A stretch of DNA of 53,189 nt from an uncultured Dehalococcoidia bacterium (GCA_964595285.1 CAZQPS010000023.1:1-53189), one strand, 5' to 3'; positions 41,963-52,397 are shown, numbered from the stretch's first letter. Notes: generated from the letters alone by a model not told the origin. Numbers and translations: made by a program.

Positions 41963-42745
41963 TCAACTGTGCAAAGTCATATAAGTCTCCGGATAATTCA
42001 AGTCTATAAATTTGCCGGTAACTCCTTGCAAAATCCTGCCTCCGAAATATTCGGAGGCCTCTCTGCTACAGGCGATTCTGTCGGCAGATGGCCAGTAGTG
42101 TGTGAGGACTAATGTTGACACTTCTGCCTCTTCAGCTAACCGACCCGCGTCATAGGATGACATATGCGTTACAGGGTTTTGTACAGGGGCACCCCCTCCC
42201 AAGGTATTTTCAGAGAGCAATAGATCACTTTTTCGAGACCAATATGCCAAGCTTTCACATGGAGAGGTATCTGAAGTATACACAATATTTTTTTCTCCAG
42301 AAGAAATCAGCATCCCAAATGACGGAACTGCATGTTCTACCTCGAAAGGTAAAACATCAAATGGTTCAAGGGAGATCATCTTCTCTGGAACATATTCACG
42401 TAGATTTAAAGAAAGATTAACAACTTTTCCATCTGATATAACATCTAGCAACGAAATAAACTTTTTTCGTCCTCCTTTTGGAAGATACACATCCATTTCT
42501 CCGGATCCTTCGCCATATCTTACCGCGTAGTTAAGTGCTATCAAATCAATAAAATGATCCGGATGCATATGACTAATGAACACCGCTTGCAAACTGGCAA
42601 TATTTGAATAACGCATCAAATTTGACAGCACTCCACTCCCGCAGTCGATTAGAATAGAGCTGGAACCAGATTTAACCAAGTAACCAGAGCTAGCATCACC
42701 CCCTATGGGATAAGCTCCTGAAGTACCTAATAATCCAAGTCTCAT
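41963..42745 (-). CDS. MBL-fold metallo-hydrolase (RNase Z/BN-like)
   Basis: LGTSG, IDCGSG, SHMHPDH, YTSDT and LVLTH motifs. Confidence 0.85.
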   Translation of the reverse strand: MRLGLLGTSGAYPIGGDASSGYLVKSGSSSILIDCGSGVLSNLMRYSNIASLQAVFISHMHPDHFIDLIALNYAVRYGEGSGEMDVYLPKGGRKKFISLLDVISDGKVVNLSLNLREYVPEKMISLEPFDVLPFEVEHAVPSFGMLISSGEKNIVYTSDTSPCESLAYWSRKSDLLLSENTLGGGAPVQNPVTHMSSYDAGRLAEEAEVSTLVLTHYWPSADRIACSREASEYFGGRILQGVTGKFIDLNYPETYMTLHS

Positions 42746-42853
42746 AAAACTAGCACCTCTCAGACTAATTCATCTCAAACTTTTCACATGAAGCATGAAT
42801 AATATTAATCCCAAGAGTCAATTATGAACCATTGACCCAGGTTAAACTTGAAA

Positions 42854-43756
42854 CTACAAAAGCGATATCGAGACAATTCCTACAACAATCATTGCGGTAG
42901 AAATTACCTTAGTCGAAATAGTTTTCCATTCAAGCGACTCATCCAAAATGTGCAAGAACGGAAGACTTATGACCATACTCATGAAAAAAACAAACAACGG
43001 ACGGGTTGACATTACAGTAACCACAAGTGAGACTTGAGCAAGAGAAATTGCCCAAAGAGTCAACAAAAGTGAGAAAAACACCAACACTCCTTCTGCCATG
43101 AAAAATACGAATGCTGTTTCTTTTTGTGATAGAACCCTAATCGTCTCTCCAATCATGTAAGGACGAAACATGAGTACCACACAAGCCGAAGCTAGTCCCT
43201 GATTTCTAAGAGTGAAGAGATTCCACACACTCATATCATCTGCAGCCACTTTGGTTAGCACTTGAGCGACTGCCATACAGAAAGTGCCCAACAATAATAA
43301 TATGAAGGTCTTTTTTAAACTAGTTATCGAAGAAGTTCGTGACGGTTTGGACGAGATTAACACAGCACCCGACACAGTAATTAATATGGCGCCCCAATGA
43401 TATATAGTCAATTCCTCGCCAAGAAGCCCTACTGCAAGTAAAGCTACAAAAACAGGGGATGTTGAAACTACTGGTATAACTACTGAAACGTCTACTTTTT
43501 GTAACGCCAAGAACATGGCGCACAGAGAACCTCCCCACAAGAACCCGGAGAAATAGGCAGCTAGGTACGCCTGAAGCGAATGGGATTCCATAGGGTAGAA
43601 TGGCAAGACTGCTAGCCCCATAGGAACTTGTATTACACCAACCATTACAGTAAATGTGCGAACATCCTTTATATACCTGACAAGGAGGATCTTATCGAAT
43701 ATATTTACAACGGCGAATGTAAAAGCACTTAAGGTCCCGATAATTACCCAATTCAT
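42854..43756 (-). CDS. EamA/DMT-family membrane transporter
   Basis: About 10 hydrophobic segments in two repeats; S.SP.FV.LLA..LLGE.L motif. Confidence 0.8.
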   Translation of the reverse strand: MNWVIIGTLSAFTFAVVNIFDKILLVRYIKDVRTFTVMVGVIQVPMGLAVLPFYPMESHSLQAYLAAYFSGFLWGGSLCAMFLALQKVDVSVVIPVVSTSPVFVALLAVGLLGEELTIYHWGAILITVSGAVLISSKPSRTSSITSLKKTFILLLLGTFCMAVAQVLTKVAADDMSVWNLFTLRNQGLASACVVLMFRPYMIGETIRVLSQKETAFVFFMAEGVLVFFSLLLTLWAISLAQVSLVVTVMSTRPLFVFFMSMVISLPFLHILDESLEWKTISTKVISTAMIVVGIVSISLL

Positions 43757-43895
43757 AAAAAGAGTTCTCTGCTCCTAGGCCATTTATCGTCCACCGTTAC
43801 AATTTAAATTGTCAATATCGTACTAACAAAAAATTCTAACCGTACTGCTGCGAACATTGCGATTATAACGATGCTCTTAAATCATATTGATCCAT

Positions 43896-44063
43896 TCATC
43901 GACCATGACATTTTTTATATTTCTTTCCACTTTCACATGGACATGGCGCATTACGACCGATTTTCCCCGAGTCTCTTATTTTAGAAGCAGTCTTGCGCTC
44001 TAAATCACAAGCTACACATGTGCAGGCATCTGGATGATCTCTGTACCAATTAGGTCTGTTCAT
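43896..44063 (-). CDS. 55-aa SEC-C metal-binding miniprotein with an extra N-terminal His/Cys cluster (absent from the ORF track)
   Basis: Translated by hand: [55 protein letters not shown]; GGAAGG RBS 9 nt upstream of the ATG. Confidence 0.85.
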   Translation of the reverse strand: MNRPNWYRDHPDACTCVACDLERKTASKIRDSGKIGRNAPCPCESGKKYKKCHGR

Positions 44064-44114
44064 GTCACATAACCTTCCAAAGGCTTTAACTTATCCATTA
44101 ACTGTATACCATTA

Positions 44115-47100
44115 TCAAAACTGCTCTTTAACTTCGTATATTTCAACATCTTCATTTTGGAAAATTTTTGTCAAAACACCAGATAGTTGATTATCAAACT
44201 TTTCCAGACCTTCTTCTGAAAAATATAGCTTCTCAACACGCCCTACATAAACTAAACCTACGTTATACTGCCTTAATAGGGATTTTGCCTCCTCTATATC
44301 CACAGTTTCATAAATATTCTTCACATCCATAATCCGCTGCGTAACTTTATGTCTATATCCCCACCTCTGCTGCTCCTGATGCCACTGCCATCCCACAACT
44401 GTTGGCAACCCGGTATTTATGGAGACACGGCTGCCCCAGCGGTACGTAGGAGTGACGGCTTCTAGAATAACAGGAGTCCCATCTACATTCTCTCTTAACC
44501 ATCGTATCCCTTCGAAATCAATCTCAATATCGATATCCCCTAGAGGATCGAAATACGTGGTACCTCGAACATAATCGGTTCCATCCAAAGTCATTGGAAT
44601 AGAGTCCACATCAAATCTGTCTCGAAGTCTATCATGCGTTCCAAATATAGGATAAATAGACCCGCCAATCATCAATAATACAAAAAGTAGGAGTACTGAT
44701 TTTGTAAATATATTACCATCGAATCTCATGGATTCCTCAGAAAACCCTAGCCTCCATACGAGGTAAGCTGACGCAATCCCTAAGAGGATCCAAATTTGCA
44801 AATAAAACTTGAATACGCTGTTCATTCGCTCTATGTCCCCTTCCATTCTAAAGAATTCGAGGCCCACTACAAGCGAAAATGCAATAATTACCAGCAATAA
44901 CGAAAAACTTACACTTGGCGCATCACGTTTATTCGATCTCATCCATCGGGTCATTGACCAGGCTCCCAATCCAAGCAATACCAGAACAGACAAGGTCGTG
45001 TACCCCAGTTCTAGGAATGTATTTGCGAATACAGCACAAAATATCAAAAGTGCAACAAGGAATAATCCCAAAATGAAATTCAAACCAGAGCTTTTGAACG
45101 CCGACAATTTATCACTCCCGTACGATTGACCCGTACCACTATAAACCCAGCCAGCAAAGAATAATATACGTATTAATTTATGCCTTACGTCAAAAAGAAG
45201 AAAAGAGCCGACTACGAATACAAACAAACCCATTATTGAGAGAAATTGACTAATCTTCGTAGTATTTGTCGTCATTTCCAAAGAATTGAAGAAAACTTCA
45301 TTAGTCATATGAAATGGTAAGAATACAACGTAACCGACCACAGCCATAACAACAATCTTGCTAAAAGCTCTAGCTAGCATGACTATGGACATACCACCAA
45401 ACAGGTAATACTCAGCTATTAATATACTGCCTGATGCAACAATAAAATATGTGGGGAAATCCCAGGCATTTAATAGACGGAGCGAACCTACACACGCACC
45501 CAAGGCGAAAAGCGTTAGAAGAATATTCTTGTCCAAGAATTTCATGGAAGTTGATTTACGAGCATACAACACAAAGCATAGGCCCATCCCTAAAACCAAT
45601 AAGGTGAAGGGTATAGCCATCATGTGAGCATGCAAATCTGCAAATAGAAACGTAAAGAACGGGAATTCCGTTATCTCATATCCTGGAGGATCAGGGGGCA
45701 TCATCCGGCTACTTCTCCAAAAATCAAATTCGCCAAATGGCAGATCTTGGAAAAGCAATCTCTTAAACCCACCAAGCATTTGTTTAACGCCATCGAAATT
45801 CCCCATTATGGCGACAAAGAAAACACCCAATAACCCCGCCCAAATAGTTGAAGATTTAAAGCGTCCGAAAAAATTAGGTCCATTCACTACCGGTGTACTT
45901 TTTTGAAATCTTCCCGTCTGTTCACTACTTTCAGCTAAGTTATAAACAAGAGAAAATGACAACCCGGTAGTTAAAGCGAAAAACATAGGCACGGCCAAAT
46001 TAAAGCCTATAGCCGTCGGAAGTGAAGTCAATTTTATAAAGATCGCTGTTATAAAATAGCCCCAATAATAATAGTTAAGATATCCACCAGCAAACCATGG
46101 ATCAAAAGGTGGCATGTATGACGAACGAATGACGGCATTCAAATAGGCCAATTCCATCGGTTTCTCTCCTCCCCGATAGGGATGCCACAGATCGGGGTTT
46201 ACCATCCTAATGATGACAAAAATCAAGAATGACAGAATGAAAAGTACCTCTCCAGTCAGAATCACTCGCCAATGGGAACGAATGAAATCACAAATATCAT
46301 ATCGATACCTCAAAAACGTTATACCTGATACAACTCCCAGCCCCACTAGTGTCACGACTATTGCGAATTTCGAAAAAACCATCAAATTCAAACTCGTTAT
46401 TAGCCATACAGCTAGGCCAACCAACAGAAGACCAAGAACTTTAGAAAACATGTAGCCTTTATCAGGCAAACTTTTAAACACTAAAAATCCCAAAGGGGCA
46501 GACAGTAAACTAATTATGTAAATTAGAAGCAACCAAGCCAAAATCGGCACATTCGAAGCCCAGTTGCTTTCATCTATAATTTCGGTCCACGTGCCGCCTT
46601 GTCTATAAAATTCAAACTCCTCGCTGGAGAACATCAAAGGATCCCCTATTTCATTAAATGCATCTTGTTTCCCTAAAACTTCTTGAGATGTACTAAAAAC
46701 TCGGAGCAGCTCTGCTGTTTCATATTTCTCAATATTTTCAAAAATGAGTACTTTCGGATGGTCATATACTGAAAAACTTTCATCTGCATAACCCAAATTA
46801 ATAGCTCTCCCAGACTTTATGGGCATTAATCCTGCTGGCTCCGGAAGGCCAGGACGAGTAAAAGTATCATCTACCAATGAAATGCCCCAGAGGTTGGGAT
46901 ACTCCGATTCATAATTAACTAGTTCATAGCCCAAGTGTCCTGAAAATAGCCCTTTATAGAGTTTGGAAGATGCGGGATACCGCTCACTTATCCTAGGAAT
47001 AGTCCCATACAGACGATTACTAAACAGTATGAAATAGTCAGCTTCAGCGAGTCTGGTTGCTAATAATTCCTCTTTTGAACGATTATCAGGGTCATACATT

Positions 47101-48743
47101 GGCAATTCGAAAATCCTATACTTCCCCAAACTTGGAATTGATTCTTCCCAATGCTCTTTCAGGACAAATGCGCCAGGAGGCGCCTCATTTTGCAGCCATT
47201 CCGACGCTCTGACGGCAGTATGTTTTTCTTCGTACACATTAGAAAAAGCAAAAGCATATAAAACAGAACTCAATAGAACCACTACTAACATACCTCTGAT
47301 ACCAAAAGTGAGAGGTATGTGATACTTCATAGATTTACTTGCTTTATACGAACACATTGCAATCATCAATCTTGCTCCGAAGAAGAGTAAGAATGGAGTA
47401 ACCGGCAACATGTACCGCATGAATTTGACTTCGAATGATCCAGTTATCAAAAGATACGGAACCACCCAAGAAAGGATGAGTACATCAATCCTCGTCTCAG
47501 GACTCCGGGCCGGCAATGTAGATAAGAGTGAAAGTATAGCGATTACAGAAGCGCCTACAATCGCGACAGTATTGTCAAAGATTAGCAGCATGACTATAGG
47601 CACTAGCCAACCAACCCCCAGATATACAAATATGTGATTTTTAGACATCCCTCTCACTGAAGCAAAACATAGACCTGACCAAGCCGTAATCCCAAGAGGC
47701 CATCCTAGTCCCCAGCCTGACACTTGAGTAATCTGATACCAATAGGACATGGTGCCTATATATTGCCGAGTGTACGGATAATCCCTGATCCGCCTGACCA
47801 TTTCTGACTGTTCAGTCAAATCAGATATGAAACGCGTAGCATCTAGTAGGGCATACGGTTGAGCGAGGAAAAAGACTACCCCAGTAACTAGCAGACCTAT
47901 CGAAGTCAGGATCGCTGTTTGCTTAAGGCGTTGTGCGAAATATTTAGCACTAGAAGCCGGTACTTCGGACAGGCTTTTTGAGGCAACGTCGTTCCATGAA
48001 AGTAAATACATCAAATGTGCCATAAGAAAAACGGCAAGTATAGGAATTTGACTAATTTTTGTAGCTATACCCAATCCTACAAACAGGCCTGCCAAAGCTG
48101 AATTTAAGTATCCTCCACAACGGGCGACTCTGATCAACACCCATAATGCAAGAACAGCGAACATCGTTTGAAGGGTATCTACTGCAAAAAAGTGACTCAA
48201 TTGAATGTGAATTACGGCAAATGCTACAAAAGAAGAAGCAAGTAAGCCGATCCATCTTCCGCCGATGCTTCTCCCAATAAAGAAAATGAATAGAACCGTG
48301 ACCAAATCTGCTGCCCCAGATATGATCCTCCCGGGGACTCTCAAATCTACAGATCCAACACCGTTAAATACATCTAGAACAGATTCCGTCAGACTTAGTA
48401 AATACAACGGGAAGCTTCCATAGGGAAACCATCTGGGATTCCAAGAGCTTTCTTCTGAGTCAAGCAAATCCGATAAATTCCCTAAAGATGGGAATGAAAG
48501 CTCCTCAACTACGAATAATATCGCTCTCTCATCCGGATGAGGGCTGTACCCAAACCCTTCATCCCAATTCAGTCCCTGAAACCGTAGCATGCACCCTATC
48601 AGAATAATAATCGAAAGCAAACTTATGGTTAAGGCCAGCTTATGGACTTGAGAATTATGGCTTCTTTTGCGCCATTCAGATAAGATCGATTTAAATAGCA
48701 ATTTGTTTGTTAGCATAAAGTGCGTTTTCAGCAAAAAAATCAA
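44115..48743 (-). CDS. Giant polytopic membrane protein: N-terminal PMT/ArnT-like GT-C glycosyltransferase fused to a DUF2298 (Chlor_Arch_YYY) module
   Basis: HPDER, F.YGSFP.YL, HFFAVD and RY.LP in the first half; GGEKPMELAYLNA, DPWFAGGYLNYYYWG, ITEFPFF.FL.ADLHAH, N.VFKFYLQ.W and TGLPTVVGW in the second half; exact start uncertain. Confidence 0.8.
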   Translation of the reverse strand: MIFLLKTHFMLTNKLLFKSILSEWRKRSHNSQVHKLALTISLLSIIILIGCMLRFQGLNWDEGFGYSPHPDERAILFVVEELSFPSLGNLSDLLDSEESSWNPRWFPYGSFPLYLLSLTESVLDVFNGVGSVDLRVPGRIISGAADLVTVLFIFFIGRSIGGRWIGLLASSFVAFAVIHIQLSHFFAVDTLQTMFAVLALWVLIRVARCGGYLNSALAGLFVGLGIATKISQIPILAVFLMAHLMYLLSWNDVASKSLSEVPASSAKYFAQRLKQTAILTSIGLLVTGVVFFLAQPYALLDATRFISDLTEQSEMVRRIRDYPYTRQYIGTMSYWYQITQVSGWGLGWPLGITAWSGLCFASVRGMSKNHIFVYLGVGWLVPIVMLLIFDNTVAIVGASVIAILSLLSTLPARSPETRIDVLILSWVVPYLLITGSFEVKFMRYMLPVTPFLLFFGARLMIAMCSYKASKSMKYHIPLTFGIRGMLVVVLLSSVLYAFAFSNVYEEKHTAVRASEWLQNEAPPGAFVLKEHWEESIPSLGKYRIFELPMYDPDNRSKEELLATRLAEADYFILFSNRLYGTIPRISERYPASSKLYKGLFSGHLGYELVNYESEYPNLWGISLVDDTFTRPGLPEPAGLMPIKSGRAINLGYADESFSVYDHPKVLIFENIEKYETAELLRVFSTSQEVLGKQDAFNEIGDPLMFSSEEFEFYRQGGTWTEIIDESNWASNVPILAWLLLIYIISLLSAPLGFLVFKSLPDKGYMFSKVLGLLLVGLAVWLITSLNLMVFSKFAIVVTLVGLGVVSGITFLRYRYDICDFIRSHWRVILTGEVLFILSFLIFVIIRMVNPDLWHPYRGGEKPMELAYLNAVIRSSYMPPFDPWFAGGYLNYYYWGYFITAIFIKLTSLPTAIGFNLAVPMFFALTTGLSFSLVYNLAESSEQTGRFQKSTPVVNGPNFFGRFKSSTIWAGLLGVFFVAIMGNFDGVKQMLGGFKRLLFQDLPFGEFDFWRSSRMMPPDPPGYEITEFPFFTFLFADLHAHMMAIPFTLLVLGMGLCFVLYARKSTSMKFLDKNILLTLFALGACVGSLRLLNAWDFPTYFIVASGSILIAEYYLFGGMSIVMLARAFSKIVVMAVVGYVVFLPFHMTNEVFFNSLEMTTNTTKISQFLSIMGLFVFVVGSFLLFDVRHKLIRILFFAGWVYSGTGQSYGSDKLSAFKSSGLNFILGLFLVALLIFCAVFANTFLELGYTTLSVLVLLGLGAWSMTRWMRSNKRDAPSVSFSLLLVIIAFSLVVGLEFFRMEGDIERMNSVFKFYLQIWILLGIASAYLVWRLGFSEESMRFDGNIFTKSVLLLFVLLMIGGSIYPIFGTHDRLRDRFDVDSIPMTLDGTDYVRGTTYFDPLGDIDIEIDFEGIRWLRENVDGTPVILEAVTPTYRWGSRVSINTGLPTVVGWQWHQEQQRWGYRHKVTQRIMDVKNIYETVDIEEAKSLLRQYNVGLVYVGRVEKLYFSEEGLEKFDNQLSGVLTKIFQNEDVEIYEVKEQF

Positions 48744-48908
48744 CGTCTAAACTGATGAAGAATGTTAATCTCAAAGCGCTAAAGAGTAAACCAATGGGAA
48801 CATAGCACGAAGATGGATACTCTTCCGGAATTCTAGATACAATGTTTTCTATTATAGAAGCCTATTCAGGTCGAGTGTAAATATACAATCGAGTGCAAAT
48901 ATAGACAG

Positions 48909-49673
48909 GTGAGTCAAATCTCAAAACGCTATGGTGCCTTTCTAATAGACTTAGACGGAACTCTCATTGGAAAAACTCAACAAATTTCTTCTAGAGTTGC
49001 GTCTGCTGTAAAGTCGCTGCATCCGTATCTTACTGTCTGCATCTCCACTGGAAGAGAACCTCAGGACGTCTTGAGGTTCTCCAAAGAACTCGAACTTTCG
49101 GGACCCCAAATCTCCGACAATGGAGCATTAATACTTGATCCACAAACCGGAAACACCATATGGTCATCAACTCTCCAATACGAAACCGGGAAAATCGTTT
49201 TATCTCACCTGCGAGAGAGAGGGCACACCTTTTTGGCAACTTACCCAAGCGGTAGATATACAGACCAGGACGACATTCCTACATGGGTAATCACCAGGAT
49301 ATCAGCACTAAACATGCAAATGTCCGATGCGGAAGAACTAATTCGCCGATTCAAAGATGACGAAACTTTGAATGTTGTGAAAGCTTTTCTCCCATACAAC
49401 AATCTATGGGCCGTAGACTTTACAAATACAGGAATAAACAAAGGATCCGCGACAAAGAGAATTGGTGATTTTTTGAGGATCCAAACCTCGTCTATCATAG
49501 CCGCAGGAGATAGCTATAACGACCTGTCTATGCTTAAAATCTGCGGGAAACGCATCGTAATGGAGGAAGCCCCTATTGAGCTCAAAAGTATTGCAGATTA
49601 TGTAGCTCCTTCTGTGGACAGAGACGGCCTTGCAATTGCGATAGAGGAATATGTTATCCCCTTAGTCACATAG
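48909..49673 (+). CDS. Cof-type HAD-IIB phosphatase
   Basis: DLDGTL, STGR, NGA, NKG and GDSYNDLSM motifs. Confidence 0.88.
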   Translation: MSQISKRYGAFLIDLDGTLIGKTQQISSRVASAVKSLHPYLTVCISTGREPQDVLRFSKELELSGPQISDNGALILDPQTGNTIWSSTLQYETGKIVLSHLRERGHTFLATYPSGRYTDQDDIPTWVITRISALNMQMSDAEELIRRFKDDETLNVVKAFLPYNNLWAVDFTNTGINKGSATKRIGDFLRIQTSSIIAAGDSYNDLSMLKICGKRIVMEEAPIELKSIADYVAPSVDRDGLAIAIEEYVIPLVT

Positions 49674-49775
49674 TCACAAATCAAGCAATCAGTACCAATT
49701 GTTCTGCTAATTGGTAAATATGCAGATTGATTTATTACACACTTACAGAGAGTTTGATTCCTGGTACTTTTAATA

Positions 49776-49784
49776 TGCTATAAT
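49776..49784 (+). promoter_or_regulatory. Extended -10 promoter element for the tRNA-Ser pair
   Basis: TGCTATAAT ending 12 nt before the first tRNA; TTGATT upstream at 49754. Confidence 0.6.
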
Positions 49785-49796
49785 TTCCTCCGTCTG

Positions 49797-49886
49797 GGAG
49801 AGATGGCCGAGCGGACGAAGGCGCTGGTCTCGAAAACCAGTATGGGTGTATGCTCATCGTGGGTTCGAATCCCACTCTCTCCGCCA
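49797..49886 (+). tRNA. tRNA-Ser(CGA)
   Basis: GGAGAGA/TCTCTCC acceptor stem, anticodon arm CTGGT-CT-CGA-AA-ACCAG, long variable arm, GTTCGAATC T-loop, G discriminator, encoded CCA. Confidence 0.96.
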
Positions 49887-49952
49887 TATCAGCTAGCAGA
49901 CAATCTATATATTGGTAAAGATCCAGAGCCAAAATCCCATTTTTTCAACTGC

Positions 49953-50040
49953 GGAGAGGTGCTAGAGTGGACGAATAGGCACGACTGGAAATCGTGTGTA
50001 CTTAACGGTACCATGGGTTCGAATCCCATCCTCTCCGCCA
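49953..50040 (+). tRNA. tRNA-Ser(GGA)
   Basis: GGAGAGG/CCTCTCC acceptor stem, anticodon arm CACGA-CT-GGA-AA-TCGTG, long variable arm, GTTCGAATC T-loop, encoded CCA. Confidence 0.96.
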
Positions 50041-50204
50041 CCCGTCCACAAAATAGACTGACAAAGTCTTTTTTTCCTCAAAATCAATCACATTTACTTT
50101 TGCATTCTCACATTCAGTTGGATTATGCTAACCTAATGGACGATTTGGGAAATGTCACAAATTTAAGAGAGGATTCCGTTGATTATTCAACGGCTGTGTA
50201 GGAT

Positions 50205-52376
50205 ATGCCTAAAGACTTGGTTATAGTGGAATCACCAGCAAAGGCCCGTACTGTAGGACGCTTCTTAGGAAGTCGATTTGAGGCTATGGCTTCTATGGGA
50301 CACGTAAGAGACTTGCCAAAAGGCAAGATGGGTGTGGATATAGATGATGACGGATTCCATCCTTCATACACTATATTGCCAGATAAGAAAAAAATAGTCT
50401 CCGAGCTACGCAAAGCATCCAAAAATGCAGGAACTGTTTATCTCGCCACTGACCCTGACCGTGAGGGCGAGGCGATATCATGGCACCTACTAAATGCAAT
50501 AAAGATCAAACCTGAAAAGGTAAAGCGGGTTATATTCCACGAAATAACGAAAGATGCTATACAAGAAGCATTCGAACATCCCAGAGATCTCGACCAAGAC
50601 CTCATAGATGCTCAACAAGCGCGACGAATATTAGACCGACTGGTCGGATATCGCCTCAGCCCTGTTCTTTGGGGAAAAGTTAGGCGAGGGCTGTCAGCTG
50701 GCAGAGTCCAATCAGTTGCCCTTAGACTGGTTGTAGATCGGGAACGGGAAATTTCTGCCTTCCAGGCAATCGAATACTGGACGATAACAGCAAATTTTGA
50801 AAAAGAACTTGCCTCGAAAGATATATCTCCCAAATTCGAAGCCTTGCTCCATTCAGTCAAGGGACATAAAAATAAATTAGAATTGACCAATGGAGAGCAA
50901 GCCACCGCAGTAACGGATGATTTAAAAAATGGGACTTTCGAAGTTTCCGATATTCGAAAACGCCGTACGCGCAGTAAGCCGTCCGCACCTTTCATTACAT
51001 CCACAATGCAACAGGAGGCTTGGAGAAAACTACGTTACACCGCCAGACGAACTATGCAAGTAGCCCAGCAATTGTATGAAGGTATTGATATCGGTTCTGA
51101 GGGGTCCGTTGGATTAATCACCTATATGAGAACTGACTCCACTAACGTAGCAGAGACTGCTTTGAATGAAACAATTCAGTACATAAAAGATAAATACGGC
51201 GGTGAATTCTGCCCAAGTTCACCTAGGAGATACACCAAAAAAGTAAAGGGAGCCCAAGAAGCTCATGAGGCTATCAGGCCAACTTCCGTATTTAGGGATC
51301 CGGATAGCATAAGAACGCATCTGAACAATGACCAATACAGACTCTATAATCTCATTTGGCAACGGATGGTTGCCAGTCAGATGAGTGATGCTGAATTTGA
51401 TTCCACTACAGTAGAAATACTCGCCACTAGTAGCGGTACAGGTGCTGAGTACATATTTAGAGCCAGAGGATCCGTTATGGTGTTCTCAGGCTTTAGAACA
51501 GTGTACATGGAAAGTAAAGACGATCCGTCTCAGGATAATAACCAAGATGACGCATCACTGCCTGAGCTATCCAAGGGTGATCATTTACTTTCCAGCGATC
51601 TCAAGGCAAACCAGCACTTTACCCAGCCCCCCGCCAGATTTACAGAAGCTACGCTTATACGATCTTTAGAAGACAAAGGAATAGGCAGGCCCAGCACGTA
51701 TGCCCCGATTATGGCCACAATTCAAGACCGGGATTATGTCAGCAAGGATCAAGGTCGTTTCACCCCTACTAAACTCGGAATTGCTGTCACAGATCTATTA
51801 AAAATGCACTTCCCAGAAATAATGGACGTGGGGTTCACGGCAAAAGTAGAAAACCAACTTGACGATGTAGCCGAAGGCGCCCAGGAATGGGAACCAATGC
51901 TAAAAGATTTCTATTCTCCATTTGATCTCTCGATCGAAAAGGCCATGAAAGAAGCGGAACGAGTGCCAAGAGACCAAATTGACGAAGAAACCAACGAATC
52001 TTGTGAAAAATGTGAACGCCCAATGGTTATCAAGTCCGGAAGATTCGGAAGATTTATGTCCTGCAGTGGATTTCCTGAATGCAAAAATTCCAAACCGTTG
52101 ATCATCAAGGTGGGGGTCTCTTGTCCAGAATGTGCCAGCGAACTTGTTGAGAGAAGACAAAAAGGCAGAGGGGGCAAGATTTTTTACGGTTGCTCTGGTT
52201 ATCCCAACTGCTCCTTTGCAGTCAATCAAAAACCGCTACCTCAACCTTGTCCAGAATGTGGTGAAATGCTGGTGGCATCTGGAAGAGAAAATGCAAGATG
52301 CCTGACATGTAAATACAAGGGGCCAGTCCAAGAAGAAATACAAGAGGATAACTTACAAGAAGTTACTGTGCCATAA
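50205..52376 (+). CDS. topA: DNA topoisomerase I
   Basis: LVIVESPAKA, ATDPDREGEAI, SAGRVQS, LITYMRTDS and GIGRPSTYA motifs; C-terminal C4 zinc ribbons. Confidence 0.98.
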   Translation: MPKDLVIVESPAKARTVGRFLGSRFEAMASMGHVRDLPKGKMGVDIDDDGFHPSYTILPDKKKIVSELRKASKNAGTVYLATDPDREGEAISWHLLNAIKIKPEKVKRVIFHEITKDAIQEAFEHPRDLDQDLIDAQQARRILDRLVGYRLSPVLWGKVRRGLSAGRVQSVALRLVVDREREISAFQAIEYWTITANFEKELASKDISPKFEALLHSVKGHKNKLELTNGEQATAVTDDLKNGTFEVSDIRKRRTRSKPSAPFITSTMQQEAWRKLRYTARRTMQVAQQLYEGIDIGSEGSVGLITYMRTDSTNVAETALNETIQYIKDKYGGEFCPSSPRRYTKKVKGAQEAHEAIRPTSVFRDPDSIRTHLNNDQYRLYNLIWQRMVASQMSDAEFDSTTVEILATSSGTGAEYIFRARGSVMVFSGFRTVYMESKDDPSQDNNQDDASLPELSKGDHLLSSDLKANQHFTQPPARFTEATLIRSLEDKGIGRPSTYAPIMATIQDRDYVSKDQGRFTPTKLGIAVTDLLKMHFPEIMDVGFTAKVENQLDDVAEGAQEWEPMLKDFYSPFDLSIEKAMKEAERVPRDQIDEETNESCEKCERPMVIKSGRFGRFMSCSGFPECKNSKPLIIKVGVSCPECASELVERRQKGRGGKIFYGCSGYPNCSFAVNQKPLPQPCPECGEMLVASGRENARCLTCKYKGPVQEEIQEDNLQEVTVP

Positions 52377-52397
52377 CAATAGAAGCAAACTAGCTGC

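Noticed and set aside
49797-50040. tRNA-Ser genes as possible island integration sites
   Set aside because: No integrase, no duplicated tRNA 3' end noticed elsewhere in the window, and the flanks are housekeeping genes
49735-50201. ORFs 49735-49932 (-) and 49803-50201 (+)
   Set aside because: They overlap the two tRNA-Ser genes and are translation artefacts of tRNA sequence
1901-52229. Numerous alternative-frame or antisense ORFs in the track (e.g. 2194-2520, 3442-3897, 5962-6339, 15944-16429, 21314-21985, 33493-33837, 50612-51004)
   Set aside because: They lie within or opposite well-supported genes and show no family motifs; they are shadow ORFs
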